64,000 bases of DNA, taken from the IMG/VR virus record IMGVR_UViG_3300045125_000155. One strand, written 5' to 3'. Shown here piece after piece: positions 10,715 through 20,866 of this stretch (positions within the stretch are counted from its first letter, which is position 1; every line of letters starts with the position of its first letter). Under the pieces are notes generated by a model. That model saw only the letters and a program-made list of their open reading frames with translations. It did not search any database and was not told the origin of the DNA. Source of the DNA: a virus. The translations under genes were made by a program, and so were the position numbers.

Positions 10715-11161
10715 TCAGGCAAAGAGATTTGGTCCTTCATACCTGACCATTCGCTCAGTCATGCTCATGTCAGCAACCTCGAACGCGCCGTCAACAAGAC
10801 TCTTTGCCGCAATCATGTCGCATCGCATACCGGCACGGCCTACGAAGCCAGTCAGGGCTGCTTGAGCATATCCGTCAAAGATGCGAAGACCCGCTCCCTG
10901 ATAAGTAAACGTATCGCGCTTCAACATACAGAATTGTGCGATACCGATGATCGTCGGCATCATGTTGCGAACGCTTGTGTCGCTCACGTTATGGTCAGGC
11001 CGACAAAACAGGCCAGTCATCACCGCTTGAGCGTACTTGTCAAGCACCAACCGTTCCGAATCGGTATACTCGCGAGTGACTTGCGGCACATGCTTGAAAG
11101 ACTTAGAAGCATGATCCGTGCTGTTGCCAAACATTTGCGTAATACGAGACACCAACTTCAT
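10715..11161 (-). CDS. Hypothetical protein with an internal duplication (YAQAxxTG twice)
   Basis: LDKYAQAVMTGL...IAQFCMLKR and FDGYAQAALTGF...VADMSMTER. Confidence 0.75.
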   Translation of the reverse strand: MKLVSRITQMFGNSTDHASKSFKHVPQVTREYTDSERLVLDKYAQAVMTGLFCRPDHNVSDTSVRNMMPTIIGIAQFCMLKRDTFTYQGAGLRIFDGYAQAALTGFVGRAGMRCDMIAAKSLVDGAFEVADMSMTERMVRYEGPNLFA

Positions 11162-11191
11162 ATAGAATTTCCTTTAAGGAGCAAAGATACG

Positions 11192-11441
11192 TCAGTCGAA
11201 CCCGCGACATCCGCAGTAATACTGAATCGAGCGGCCTATCAGAACGATGCTCGAAGAAGGGCAGATTGGTGTTGCTGGGCTTGATGCTGTTGCACGAACC
11301 ACACTTGGCTTCACGGCCAATGAACGAAGGGGTGGTGTCAACGATGTTCCAGCCGTTGTTGGGGCTGCAAATCGCACAACACGGCATACCTTCGGTCGTG
11401 GCGTTGGCGGCATGTCCACACTTCATCATGGGCTTGTTCAT
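11192..11441 (-). CDS. Cys-rich putative zinc-binding protein (frameshift near the 3' end)
   Basis: MKCGH, CCAIC, KCGSC and, after an indel, YYCGCRGFD; ATG 18 nt from the motif at 11460. Confidence 0.65.
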
Positions 11442-11475
11442 GCTCAAACCTTTCTGCGCGAAACTTTAGTCCGAT

Positions 11476-11718
11476 TTACACTACGTCTTGCAGGTCAATT
11501 TGCCCGTGTTGAGCAATGTACCTGCCAATCAACGTGTCAGCCCTTCGCAACAAACGATCATGCAAGGTCAAGTACGCTTCACGACCATCAATAACGACCT
11601 CGCTTGCTCGATCAGCTGCAATCTCATCAAAGTCACGAAGCATATAAAGCACTTGTTCAGCGTCCATCTCTTCGATGCTGATAGTCTTATTCATCAGCAA
11701 CCTCACATGCTGCGGCAA
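11476..11718 (-). CDS. Hypothetical phage protein
   Basis: 80-aa ORF ending next to the motif at 11460. Confidence 0.6.
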   Translation of the reverse strand: MPQHVRLLMNKTISIEEMDAEQVLYMLRDFDEIAADRASEVVIDGREAYLTLHDRLLRRADTLIGRYIAQHGQIDLQDVV

Positions 11719-11741
11719 GAGATTCGAGCAACGATGCCTTG

Positions 11742-12008
11742 CTATGCTCCTCCCACAAGGTGATTTCGTTGACTATTGAAGCGACTGAAACTTTGTTTGC
11801 TTGAATAAGCACAGAGGAAGCGGATTTGCTGCTCAGATAGCCGCAACATGCTGGCCTCGAACATGAGCATCACAATGTCAAGAGGCAAAGATTGTCCGAA
11901 GTAGAACCAATCGCCTCCATCATACTTGAGATTGAGGGGCCATGCTTCTTCTGCAATCCGCAACACGATGAGTTGCAATCCGCTAGGTGAAAGAGTGCTG
12001 TTTTCCAT
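11742..12008 (-). CDS. Hypothetical phage protein
   Basis: 88 aa; motif 18 nt upstream. Confidence 0.7.
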   Translation of the reverse strand: MENSTLSPSGLQLIVLRIAEEAWPLNLKYDGGDWFYFGQSLPLDIVMLMFEASMLRLSEQQIRFLCAYSSKQSFSRFNSQRNHLVGGA

Positions 12009-12032
12009 ACTATTCTTTTTCTGCGCGAAATT

Positions 12033-12443
12033 TTAGCCGCAAATCTGCGTAGCGGATTCCAAATAGTGGCGTTCCCAGCCGACCGGCTTGCAAACAAAGA
12101 TGTCGCCGCTCTTGAACTTGACGACATCACCAACATTCATGCTCGTGTGCTTGAGGCCAAGAGCTTTGATGAGCGAATTTGCCTCGCCGCAAGGCGACCA
12201 GGCAAACGCTTGCAGATTCTCGTAAATGTATTCAAGAGTCTCATGCTTGCTGCGAGAGGGATCAGCCGAGGTTGTGCCCAGAAGCGTGTGAGTAAATGTC
12301 AGCATCGCAGGATCGAACGGCACGTCGTTGAACATAGAAAGCAGCAACGAACCGCTGTTAGACGGCTTCATGTACCAGATTTCCACGTCGTCACCAGCAG
12401 GAAAGGCAGCACAGTTATTGAGATTTGCGAGGAGGTTGCTCAT
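12033..12443 (-). CDS. YodL-like domain protein
   Basis: C-terminal HTSMNVGDVV....FVCKPVGW resembles the YodL-like signature. Confidence 0.55.
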   Translation of the reverse strand: MSNLLANLNNCAAFPAGDDVEIWYMKPSNSGSLLLSMFNDVPFDPAMLTFTHTLLGTTSADPSRSKHETLEYIYENLQAFAWSPCGEANSLIKALGLKHTSMNVGDVVKFKSGDIFVCKPVGWERHYLESATQICG

Positions 12444-12566
12444 GCCTATTGCCATCTGCTTTGAAATTTTAGTCCAAATCTGAACCTATATGAAGGACAG
12501 ATTTCTTCTAACCTATCTTTCGAGGAGGGACAGTTTATTCGATGCACGGCAGAGAATTTATGTGAC

Positions 12567-12755
12567 TTATTGGCTAGCGTCATGGATTTGACACATGCCA
12601 ACAGTATTTCCGGTGCTGTCACGCAACACAAAATTCTGTCGAGTTTCGTAGCCCGTATACGCAAGACGCTCCGTAACCTGACGCAACACACGCTCGACTT
12701 CCTGCGGGTCGTCAAAGCTGTCGTTATCGAGATTGACTCTGATGAGCATGTTCAT
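12567..12755 (-). CDS. Hypothetical phage protein
   Basis: Short ORF with protein-like composition. Confidence 0.6.
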   Translation of the reverse strand: MNMLIRVNLDNDSFDDPQEVERVLRQVTERLAYTGYETRQNFVLRDSTGNTVGMCQIHDASQ

Positions 12756-12827
12756 GTTGTTCAACTCTTGTGAGGAAGTTTTCGCGCGCAGAAATCTGTT
12801 TGCAAAAAACAAAGAAGTTCCTAGATT

Positions 12828-13190
12828 TTACCTACTGACTTCTTCACAAACTTCCATTGGACTTGTCGTTCGCAAGTAGACAACAGCATCACATTGCTTG
12901 GGCGCAAATTCGATGCTTTTGCTATGAGACATATTTATTGAGAGATACAACGTGCGGTTTCCATCATACGCAACACCAGCCCCAATTTGTCCCTCAATAC
13001 TATCACCGCTCAACGGCTGGTAAAACACTTCTGCATACGAAGGATAATAGTCATGGGGTCCATGTCCCGTGCCGCCTGAATGATAAGCGATATCCACCAC
13101 CAGCCCTCGCCTACCTTGACGATTCTCAAACACATCGCCAATCGCAAGTTTACGGGTCATCGGAACGAAGGTTTTTTGATTATTGTTCAT
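12828..13190 (-). CDS. Hypothetical phage protein
   Basis: 120 aa; TAGTATAAT directly precedes the ATG. Confidence 0.65.
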   Translation of the reverse strand: MNNNQKTFVPMTRKLAIGDVFENRQGRRGLVVDIAYHSGGTGHGPHDYYPSYAEVFYQPLSGDSIEGQIGAGVAYDGNRTLYLSINMSHSKSIEFAPKQCDAVVYLRTTSPMEVCEEVSR

Positions 13191-13231
13191 TATACTACCT
13201 ATTGGTCTACACCAAAACTCGCCTAAGTCGC

Positions 13232-13257
13232 AAAAAGAAGGGTTGTTTAGGCCCTTC
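13232..13257 (-). terminator. Intrinsic terminator
   Basis: GAAGGG-loop-CCCTTC followed by TTTTT on the minus strand. Confidence 0.65.
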
Positions 13258-13473
13258 GCACTAACTCCCGATTGTCGTTCGGGTTCGACCATTCGGCTAC
13301 CTACCGACGAGGGGCAACTGGGCTTATGCCATTCCTATGCTACTTCCGATATAAACCCGAACGAAGTCACTCAAGACTCTGGCTTACAAGGCCGTTCGAG
13401 TGGGCTCTACCGAGGGAAACCATCGCCCCTGAATCCCTCGCCCCAGCACTATCGTAGTGGGCTACGTGTATTC
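13232..13473 (-). ncRNA. Candidate structured small RNA (about 240 nt)
   Basis: No credible ORF; 13275-13285 pairs with 13354-13364; motif upstream at 13492; terminator at the 3' end. Confidence 0.5.
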
Positions 13474-13519
13474 AACGTGAGTTTTCTGCTGCAAAGTTTA
13501 GGCCCTAAAGTCGCATGGA

Positions 13520-13689
13520 TGTTAGCAGTAAATTTTTTAGAAACCATCCGACACTGGTGCACCAGTAGTCGGACAGCGAATAACGAGACCTCTGTGTGCC
13601 TACTCCGTATGGATTCAGGGTCCACCCGTCCCTAACACTCACGCCGTTGGAGCCGAGAGGATCTAGCCACAGATGTTAGTCTCGTTGTC
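13520..13689 (-). ncRNA. Candidate structured small RNA (about 170 nt)
   Basis: 13582-13589 pairs with 13679-13686; hairpin 13547-13573; flanked by motifs at 13708 and 13492. Confidence 0.5.
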
Positions 13690-14386
13690 AGTTCTAGATT
13701 TCTGTTGCAAAGCTTAGTCCCTAAAGTCGCATCACCAATGACTCACCCATTATAATTCACTTATACGCTACATTCTACGCCCTCACCCATTATATTAGAA
13801 ATCGCCTCTAAAGATGTTTTAGGCATCTATAAAGGCTTACGCCATCGTTGTGAGGTTGAAGTATGTTTCGCGGCTTAATTTGAAATTTTAGCCGCTTTTT
13901 GTGATTTGCACACCAAGATCCTTGGCGGCATCCTCAAAATAGCGGCTTTTACACGACTCGACTGAGGCATTCTTGCTCGTAAGCAGGTTCCTGTGCAACT
14001 GGATAGTTCCTGCGGCACGATCAAAAGAACAAGTCATCGGCATGTGAACGCCAAACACAGACTGAGTACGAACAAAAACCTTACCATCGACAACATGCCG
14101 TCCGTAGTAGTTCTGCGACGAAGCATGATCGACGGCCAAGCACATATTCGCCCAGATTTCCAGGTTGTCAAGATTTGTATAATCACAAAAACTGTTGATG
14201 TAGTTTTTGACTGATCTCGAAATGCACCAATGAAGGCATTTCGTACAACCTCTTCAACCTTATCATTAGCATCGAGTTTGAAAAACATAGAACTCGTTTC
14301 AACAGCAGCCGCAGTGGATGCGCAGTGGTTGCTCCTCAAAAATTTGCGCAGTGGCTCAGCACCTCAAAAGCCGCAGTGTAACACTT

Positions 14387-14788
14387 TCAATCTTCACTCG
14401 GCAGAAGTGCAACCCAGCACAAGTCCTTGCCGTTCAACGATCCGAGTTTGACATAAATACTGAAGCCACTCGGAAAGCGATCAAACGGAAAATCCGTGTA
14501 TTCGATCTTCTGCGAGACAACAACGTTTCCATTACCGTCGTCGCAAGTGGCAACAGCCATGAAGCCCTGTTCTGTGAGGTGCTTGAGCGTCCAGTTCTGG
14601 AAATCTTCCAACTTGCCTCGTGCCTTGCTTTGATGCGATGCGATCAGGTCAACAAACCAACTCAATCCATTCATGCAGACGTACGTAACGCCATCTGTCA
14701 TTGCGAATTTACGGAATGGACCCCAAGCGTAACCTTCAGTTCCATAAAAGTGAGAAAGGGCAGCAGGCGTGAGATTGTCGGTCATCAT
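14387..14788 (-). CDS. DUF6876-like protein
   Basis: FYGTEGY...MTDGV, FQNWTL, CDDGNGNVV.SQKIEYTDFP and LLPSED match my recollection of this family; motif 18 nt upstream. Confidence 0.7.
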   Translation of the reverse strand: MMTDNLTPAALSHFYGTEGYAWGPFRKFAMTDGVTYVCMNGLSWFVDLIASHQSKARGKLEDFQNWTLKHLTEQGFMAVATCDDGNGNVVVSQKIEYTDFPFDRFPSGFSIYVKLGSLNGKDLCWVALLPSED

Positions 14789-14832
14789 GGTCGTTGCTTC
14801 TTCTGTGAAATTTGTAGTCCAAAAAGATGCGT

Positions 14833-15222
14833 TCAATAGAATCCGTGCGATTCACCAATTTTGTGTCTGATTTGCATGTGTGCTGCATCACACAGTTCAT
14901 TGGCGGTACAAATTTTTTCACCATCAGGTCCGTACAAGGTGTCGCCTTCGATGTATTCGTCGCTTCCTTCATACAGAATACCTTGCATAGCCTTGACACA
15001 ATCGGCCTCAGTCAAGTAGATTTCAATTTTGATGGAACTGGGATCAGGGCCACCAGAGGGCGTTGAACCTTCATACTCTTCAACGTCATATCCAACCTTA
15101 TTGAAGGTAAACTCGAAAGTGTTGTAATCGACGGTAAAATCTTTGTGATAATCACCTCGATGCTGGTATTTCGGTTTGTCTGATGCTGTCTTGAGGTTGA
15201 AGTAGTTGATTTTCTTGTCCAT
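14833..15222 (-). CDS. Hypothetical protein
   Basis: 129 aa; AAGGAG RBS. Confidence 0.7.
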   Translation of the reverse strand: MDKKINYFNLKTASDKPKYQHRGDYHKDFTVDYNTFEFTFNKVGYDVEEYEGSTPSGGPDPSSIKIEIYLTEADCVKAMQGILYEGSDEYIEGDTLYGPDGEKICTANELCDAAHMQIRHKIGESHGFY

Positions 15223-15404
15223 AATTGCTCCTTTATCGTGCTTTGTATCTTACATGCACATTCTACACATTCAAGGCAATTCCTTGTGATTGTGTGTCTA
15301 TTTATTTTTACGCGAAAATTTAGTCCGCAAAACAGGCAGACATCCTCACCCATTATATATGTCACGATCAACGAAAAACGGATCGCATGATCCGTTCAAG
15401 GTTC

Positions 15405-15773
15405 TTACGCAGGATTTTCGAGAGAAAACCTGTTATCGAAGCACAACTTGTACGTTTCGGTATCAAAGTCATGCTCGACCCAATTATTGTCACAATCAAC
15501 ACCATGCACCGTGATAACGACTCCATCCGTCTTGGTTGGGTTGTTGTGCTTCATACCAACCGGCATATGCTGAGGGAACTGAGACAAGAACAAAATCAGT
15601 TCAGCAATCGTTGTTGGCGTAGGAAAGGTTGTAGGAATCCACAAGCCATCACACGGAAGATTCAGCGAATAACGCTCATCCTCAGTAAAGATCGTTGCGG
15701 CTTCCTGCTCCACCCAACCATCTTCATTACTCCAGAAAGCCTTGAGATTCGTGCTGATGATTTGGAAATTCAT
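15405..15773 (-). CDS. Hypothetical phage protein
   Basis: 122 aa; motif 18 nt upstream. Confidence 0.75.
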   Translation of the reverse strand: MNFQIISTNLKAFWSNEDGWVEQEAATIFTEDERYSLNLPCDGLWIPTTFPTPTTIAELILFLSQFPQHMPVGMKHNNPTKTDGVVITVHGVDCDNNWVEHDFDTETYKLCFDNRFSLENPA

Positions 15774-16472
15774 GCTATAAGTCTCTTGTGCTAAATTTTA
15801 GCCGCAAAAAGATCAACACTCGAAACTATCAACCTGCGTCAGGTACAACATGCAGGCGGTTTCACGATCAGCGATGAGTGCGCCATGTTCAGAGACAGCT
15901 CAAGAGATCGCGCAGTGGACGAATCAGTGGTACAGTGGTCCATTTCTTCGTTACGCACCTTATTGACGTGAAGCCTGCGAAGTGTATCCAAAAGCAAACC
16001 GTACGTTTCGTGAGCCTGCGGATCACAGCACGAGTTCACATACTCCTCACGCATCATCTTGTGCATTTGGCTCACAGTGGGAGGCGTGTCGTCCTTGCTG
16101 TGGAAAACACAGCTCAGCATCGGGCGATTTGCAGCCAACTTGTTCCCCAAATTCTCGTAATCTTCGTCGTTGGGGATGTTGTCGAATAGTAGCGCAGATG
16201 CTCAGGAATCTTGCACCAACTAAATTGCAACATGTACGAGTGCTTTGGCATGGTGATGTCTCAGAGAGTTCCCAGACGAGCACCTTCTTGTCAAGACGCT
16301 TGATGCGGTTCTCAAGGGCCTTACGCCGCTTCTTGAAAGCCGCAGCCTTCTTCGCACGACGGCGAATTTCGGCGTTGATCTTGCTGATAGGAAGCGAACG
16401 CAGGGAAATGGTGGTGGTGCGAGACTTCTTCTTCATTGATGATCCTTTCTATCAAATACTGCTAGCGAAATT

Positions 16473-16949
16473 TTAGCCGCAAACCGGATCGCCGGTCAAC
16501 GGATTGAAACCAAGACGCTCGATAAGCCGCTCTTGCCGTCCATCTGCAACCTCGAAGAATCCCGTGGCAACGAGTCGCTCATGGGGAGTCATTGTTTCAA
16601 CATCGTCGGTGGCAATTTCAAGAGTCGGAGACTTGTCACCATCGGCAGCCATGACGACCTCAACCGCAACTGCCTTGAGTCGGTCTTGCTGCTCATCAGT
16701 AAGATGCGACAGCCAATCTCCATAATTGATGATGATATTGTCAATCCGATAAATTGCGCCACGCAACTTTTCGATAGTTGAGTGTTGGTCATACCGTCCA
16801 ACATTATCATCATTGTTGGACTGCAAGATTTCTCCGAATTGATCGAAGTCGTAGACAATTTCAATTGCCAAATCAATCAACTTCTGAAACTTAGGCCAGT
16901 TCTCGGGATTCTTGATGATTTCCTCGAAACGGATATTGACCTTATTCAT
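16473..16949 (-). CDS. Hypothetical phage protein
   Basis: 158 aa; motif 18 nt upstream; its TAA stop is part of the next motif. Confidence 0.75.
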   Translation of the reverse strand: MNKVNIRFEEIIKNPENWPKFQKLIDLAIEIVYDFDQFGEILQSNNDDNVGRYDQHSTIEKLRGAIYRIDNIIINYGDWLSHLTDEQQDRLKAVAVEVVMAADGDKSPTLEIATDDVETMTPHERLVATGFFEVADGRQERLIERLGFNPLTGDPVCG

Positions 16950-17700
16950 GCTCATAGAGTTGATCCTGAAATTTTAGCCCTGAATTTGCGCTTCCAGACG
17001 TCATCGGTTGCACCTTCATCTTCTTCAGATCCGGCTCAGGAACCAGGTTCTCAGACTTTTCCTCTACACAGAAATTAGCAACATTTCTTGAGTTCCAAGC
17101 AAATCCATCAAAGAATAGTGACGACTCAAGGTTGTGAGTGCAATGTTCTGCTTTGGAAACTTTTTCTACAATATCAACACTCAACCTAATTGATTTGGGC
17201 GTTGCAATCACAACTTTATTGAGTTCATCGTAGCGAGATGCACGAACATGAGAATGGATCAGAATTCTCCATCAAAAGAATTTCATCAACAACACGAAAT
17301 GTGTCTGACAAATTGAAGGCCTCGTCAGTAGCCAGAAAAACCTGTTCAGTATTGAATACGTCGCCATCTTGCATATTTCGCAAAATGCCGATCAGCGTAT
17401 CGAGTGCTGCGTCATCAAATTTCAGACTCAAATGAATGACCGTCGTCACGCAGTTCAAAGAGTCTCTTGTAGGCGTTTTCAAGACATCCCTTGTTGTTGC
17501 ACGAAGGGCACAAAAATCCTGGTTCAGAGGCAAATGTTTCGTCAACGTATGGATCGTCAGCAATACAGTACGAAATGTGATCGTACTTTTTCCGCGAAAG
17601 AACAGTCTGGTGTAGTGCAGACGATTGGCGAGACAAGACTCAGTTCTTGCAGAACATTGTTCATGCCTTGTGCTTCCAGTATGAAATTTTAGCCCTAAAG

Positions 17701-17734
17701 AAAAACCCCCGACATCTGGTTAGGACATCGGGGG
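17701..17734 (-). terminator. Intrinsic terminator
   Basis: CCCCGATGTC..GATGTCGGGG hairpin followed by TTTTT on the minus strand. Confidence 0.7.
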
Positions 17735-18281
17735 CTGGGCCATTTAGGTATTCCTACATCAGTCAGCGTTTTCCTGCTTTCCGAGCCGTTTCGCTCTGAC
17801 TGTTCGGTGGTCGTCACCATGCGTTTCTGATTACCTCCTCATCGTGTTGGGTAGGGATGCCCAATGATGAGTAGCGTTTTGAAGGTCAATGTGGTTGACC
17901 ATCCAGATGAACTCTTGCTTTCGCTTAAGTTCCTACCTAGTGCCTCGGGGCATTGAATCTAGGCAGTCGCAATACCAGACTATTTACTTGTCAACCATCT
18001 CTCATATTAGGATACCATCCTTTAGTGAGATGTGGCCTTTTCGTAGAACCTTCAAGTCAGCATTTGGTTGACGCAGAGGTTGGCCTCTGGAACATCGTCT
18101 AACCTTTGCCTCCGTCGAGTCCTAACAGCGATTGATCCAACTCTTAGTTCGTTTCGCCGTTAGTATGTCTCGTTGGTTCTTCTTCATCGACTCGATTTCT
18201 CGAACCGCTGAGGAATCACACCAGCATTTTCGTCATCTGTGTTACCTTTCGGTACTTTCTCGTGACTTGCGGCTGGCTGAC
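17701..18281 (-). ncRNA. Candidate large structured ncRNA (about 580 nt)
   Basis: Sigma70-like promoter upstream, terminator at the end, no ORF, many helices and GNRA loops. Confidence 0.65.
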
Positions 18282-18287
18282 GGGATA

Positions 18288-18316
18288 AGTATACCTTTCC
18301 GCCCCTCGCCCGTCAA
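18288..18316 (-). promoter_or_regulatory. Sigma70-type promoter TTGACG-N17-TATACT
   Basis: -35 at 18316-18311, -10 at 18293-18288. Confidence 0.7.
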
Positions 18317-18346
18317 CCTCTTTTGCCTTCGATTTACCCCTCATTT

Positions 18347-18745
18347 TCACAAGTCGTTGTCAGCACCAATCTTAGTTTCTTCGGCAATCTTTGCCTCGCT
18401 GCCACGGGCCTTGAACGGCTCACAGTCGAAGCATTGAACGCGATTAGGATTGCCACGAACGTAGTCCCCCTGCTCGTCACGGAAAGACGGCTTGAATACT
18501 TTTCCACAAGTTTTGCACGTATTGTGCTTCACAGGCTGGGCACGACGAGCATTCAAGCGACCATCAGGCAATTCTGGCAGCAAAATACCTGCACTTTTGC
18601 ACTCGGCAATCAGATTGAAAACAAAAGGCACAGGCTTCTTCCACTTCTCAGCAATCATGGTCGCAGTCATGCCGCCTTGCAACAAATCAGACATGATGTA
18701 AAGCCAACGCCTTGTAATCCGCTGTGAAGGATACTGCTCGCACAA
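18347..18745 (-). CDS. Putative HTH plus zinc-finger protein
   Basis: N-terminal MTATMIAEKW helix-turn-helix-like segment; CKTC and CFDC pairs. Confidence 0.65.
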   Translation of the reverse strand: MCEQYPSQRITRRWLYIMSDLLQGGMTATMIAEKWKKPVPFVFNLIAECKSAGILLPELPDGRLNARRAQPVKHNTCKTCGKVFKPSFRDEQGDYVRGNPNRVQCFDCEPFKARGSEAKIAEETKIGADNDL

Positions 18746-18774
18746 ATTCTTATCAATAATCAGACCGTTTCCAT

Positions 18775-19305
18775 TCAGACGATACTTTTTGAGAATCTTT
18801 TTGCGCGATTGATCGGAATCGAAAATGCAGAAGCCGATTCTTCAAGATTGTTGGTTTCTTCGTACTTGGCGACGAAATCTTTTTCGCGCTGATTTTGCTG
18901 CTCTTGCTTCCGAATCAACTTACGCTCAAGAACTTCTGATCGAGTCGGAAGATCATAGCCCAATGCCAAAAAGCGACTATGAACAATTTGCACATTTTGC
19001 TTTGTGCAACCCATTTGTTCGGCAATCTCTCGATATGTCAAATCAGTATTGAGAAGATTGAGGATTTGCGCAGTATTAGGATTCAGCTCCTTAACCTGCT
19101 CGACGGGCTTCTCAATCACTTCGGGAATCTGACTATCAATGTTGAATTCAACGCAGGCTTTGATAACTGTCGTTGCGCAAACTCCATAATAAGATGCAAC
19201 TTGCGTATAAGCATAAGTCTTTGTATTGCCATCGCAAAGGAGTTTAAGACATTCCTGTGCAATTTTTTCACGACGAGCCTTACGGTCTTGATGAGTCAAA
19301 GTCAT
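18775..19305 (-). CDS. Multi-HTH DNA-binding protein
   Basis: LTYREIAEQMGCTKQNVQIVHSR is a sigma region-4/LuxR-like HTH; two further HTH-like segments. Confidence 0.7.
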   Translation of the reverse strand: MTLTHQDRKARREKIAQECLKLLCDGNTKTYAYTQVASYYGVCATTVIKACVEFNIDSQIPEVIEKPVEQVKELNPNTAQILNLLNTDLTYREIAEQMGCTKQNVQIVHSRFLALGYDLPTRSEVLERKLIRKQEQQNQREKDFVAKYEETNNLEESASAFSIPINRAKRFSKSIV

Positions 19306-19382
19306 GTGATCTTACACCTTTTATATGCACCAAATTGGTACATATAACTTTTTTACGCAACTAAATTGCGATTTTGCGATGC

Positions 19383-19595
19383 TTACTGGGCTTGATCCGA
19401 AATTTTAGTCCCAGATTCCATCTTCTTGGCAACGCCACCGTACCGCTTCTCCAAATCCTTGGCACGTCGTTCGGTAATCCCGAACATCTTTTGCGACATC
19501 CATTGACCCTGCCACTCCCAATCCTGCGGCAACCGATTAGGATTGGTCATCTCCTCAGCAAGACTACGAAAGTGATTCAAAACGTGATCGTTCAT
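19383..19595 (-). CDS. Hypothetical phage protein
   Basis: 70 aa; junction motif encoded in its last codons (GTKIS). Confidence 0.65.
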   Translation of the reverse strand: MNDHVLNHFRSLAEEMTNPNRLPQDWEWQGQWMSQKMFGITERRAKDLEKRYGGVAKKMESGTKISDQAQ

Positions 19596-19649
19596 TGCAG
19601 TTCACCAAAGACAAGAGGACCGCTATTGATTGCGTCAAAAAACTCAGTA

Positions 19650-20063
19650 TCATCCATACCAACAGGATGCTGAACAGCAAGCGCATCCCTTCATCATAGA
19701 AGAAAAGAGAATGTTGTTCTGCTCAAGTGACCTGATGAAGTCGCTGGCCTCACGAGGCAACTTGTCAGGAATCTGCTCGTAATCAATCAACGAATACTTC
19801 AGATACCACACGACGCAGTTACGCTTGACAACATCCACGAACATATTGGGATGTTCACCAAGTTCTTCGCTGCCGCTGCGAACCCGAATCTCGTCGCCAA
19901 CCCCAAGCCCACAAACCAGAATGTTTTGCACGATGGCAATGTCGTCGTTCTTGAGGGTAATGAAAAATCCCTCAGCAATTGGCGATTCACCGTTTGTGAG
20001 TTCGTCGGCTTGCTCAGAACTAATAAAGCACCGACTATACTTTTTCTTTTGCGTAGAGTTCAT
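19650..20063 (-). CDS. DUF4265-like protein
   Basis: E..IA........QNI...GLGVGDEIRV pattern; motif 18 nt upstream. Confidence 0.55.
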   Translation of the reverse strand: MNSTQKKKYSRCFISSEQADELTNGESPIAEGFFITLKNDDIAIVQNILVCGLGVGDEIRVRSGSEELGEHPNMFVDVVKRNCVVWYLKYSLIDYEQIPDKLPREASDFIRSLEQNNILFSSMMKGCACCSASCWYG

Positions 20064-20112
20064 ATACTATAACTCTTGATCGAAATTTTAGTCCAATATC
20101 TGCAAACCCGAA

Positions 20113-20185
20113 TGGGACCGGTGCGACTCGAACGCACGACTTACGGCTTAAAAGGCCGCTACTCTACCAACTGAGTTACGATCCC
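20113..20185 (-). tRNA. tRNA-Lys(UUU)
   Basis: GGGATCG acceptor, GCGGC-CT-TTT-AA-GCCGT anticodon arm, TTCGAGT T-loop; no encoded CCA. Confidence 0.9.
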
Positions 20186-20485
20186 GAAGTAGTCATCTAT
20201 CGACACAATATCGTATGCCGACAGTAAATCACTTGCAAGCCCTTGGCCCTGAAATCTGATCGTGACAAGTGCCTAATCGTTAGACTCCAATTTTTCTTGC
20301 GCATCAAGATTTTGCTTGAATGTCTTGAATGGCAAAGCCTTGAAACCATGGAAATTTCTACGCTTCGCCCTCGCTCCCAAGTTAGATACATAAGCCAAGG
20401 GCACAAGGCGCAGAGGAATCAATTTTGTTCGACGAATAGGTTTATGCGTTTTTCCCATAAGATACCTGCTCTGTTTTGTATGTTG

Positions 20486-20866
20486 TCAATTATTATTAGA
20501 AATTTGCTGGTCGAAAACCTTTGCCCAATACAAGCCGACCGAATTGCCTCGATCAGCCGCCTCGATCACGTAATCAATTCCATACTGCGTCAACCTCTGA
20601 GTAATCAACGCACTCACAAAGATTCCACCAGTCTTGACGGGGTTGCCCTTGGCTCCAAGACGGAACTTTGCAAGGCACTTGTCGCCCGATGCACAGTGAT
20701 GAGGACTGTCGTGACGTTCATTGTCGGCGTGCTTAGGGTAATACTCCGAATCGAACGAACTCTCGTTCTCGACGCACGCAGGCCGCTTGCCAGCAGCAGT
20801 CAGCCGCTCACAAATCCTATCACCGCACTCGTCGCAATAAAGGTCGGCCCTATAGACGTATGGCAT
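20486..20866 (-). CDS. Hypothetical Cys/His-rich protein
   Basis: LYCDECG and PHHCASGDKC; AAGGA upstream. Confidence 0.65.
   Translation of the reverse strand: MPYVYRADLYCDECGDRICERLTAAGKRPACVENESSFDSEYYPKHADNERHDSPHHCASGDKCLAKFRLGAKGNPVKTGGIFVSALITQRLTQYGIDYVIEAADRGNSVGLYWAKVFDQQISNNN

Larger units (their letters stand above)
3625..15940. repeat. Clusters of CAGTG(G) repeats with about 8-bp period
   Basis: GCGCAGTGGTACAGTGGATCAGTGG-like tracts at 3625-3662, 5100-5146, 7610-7656, 14310-14380 and 15910-15940. Confidence 0.7.
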
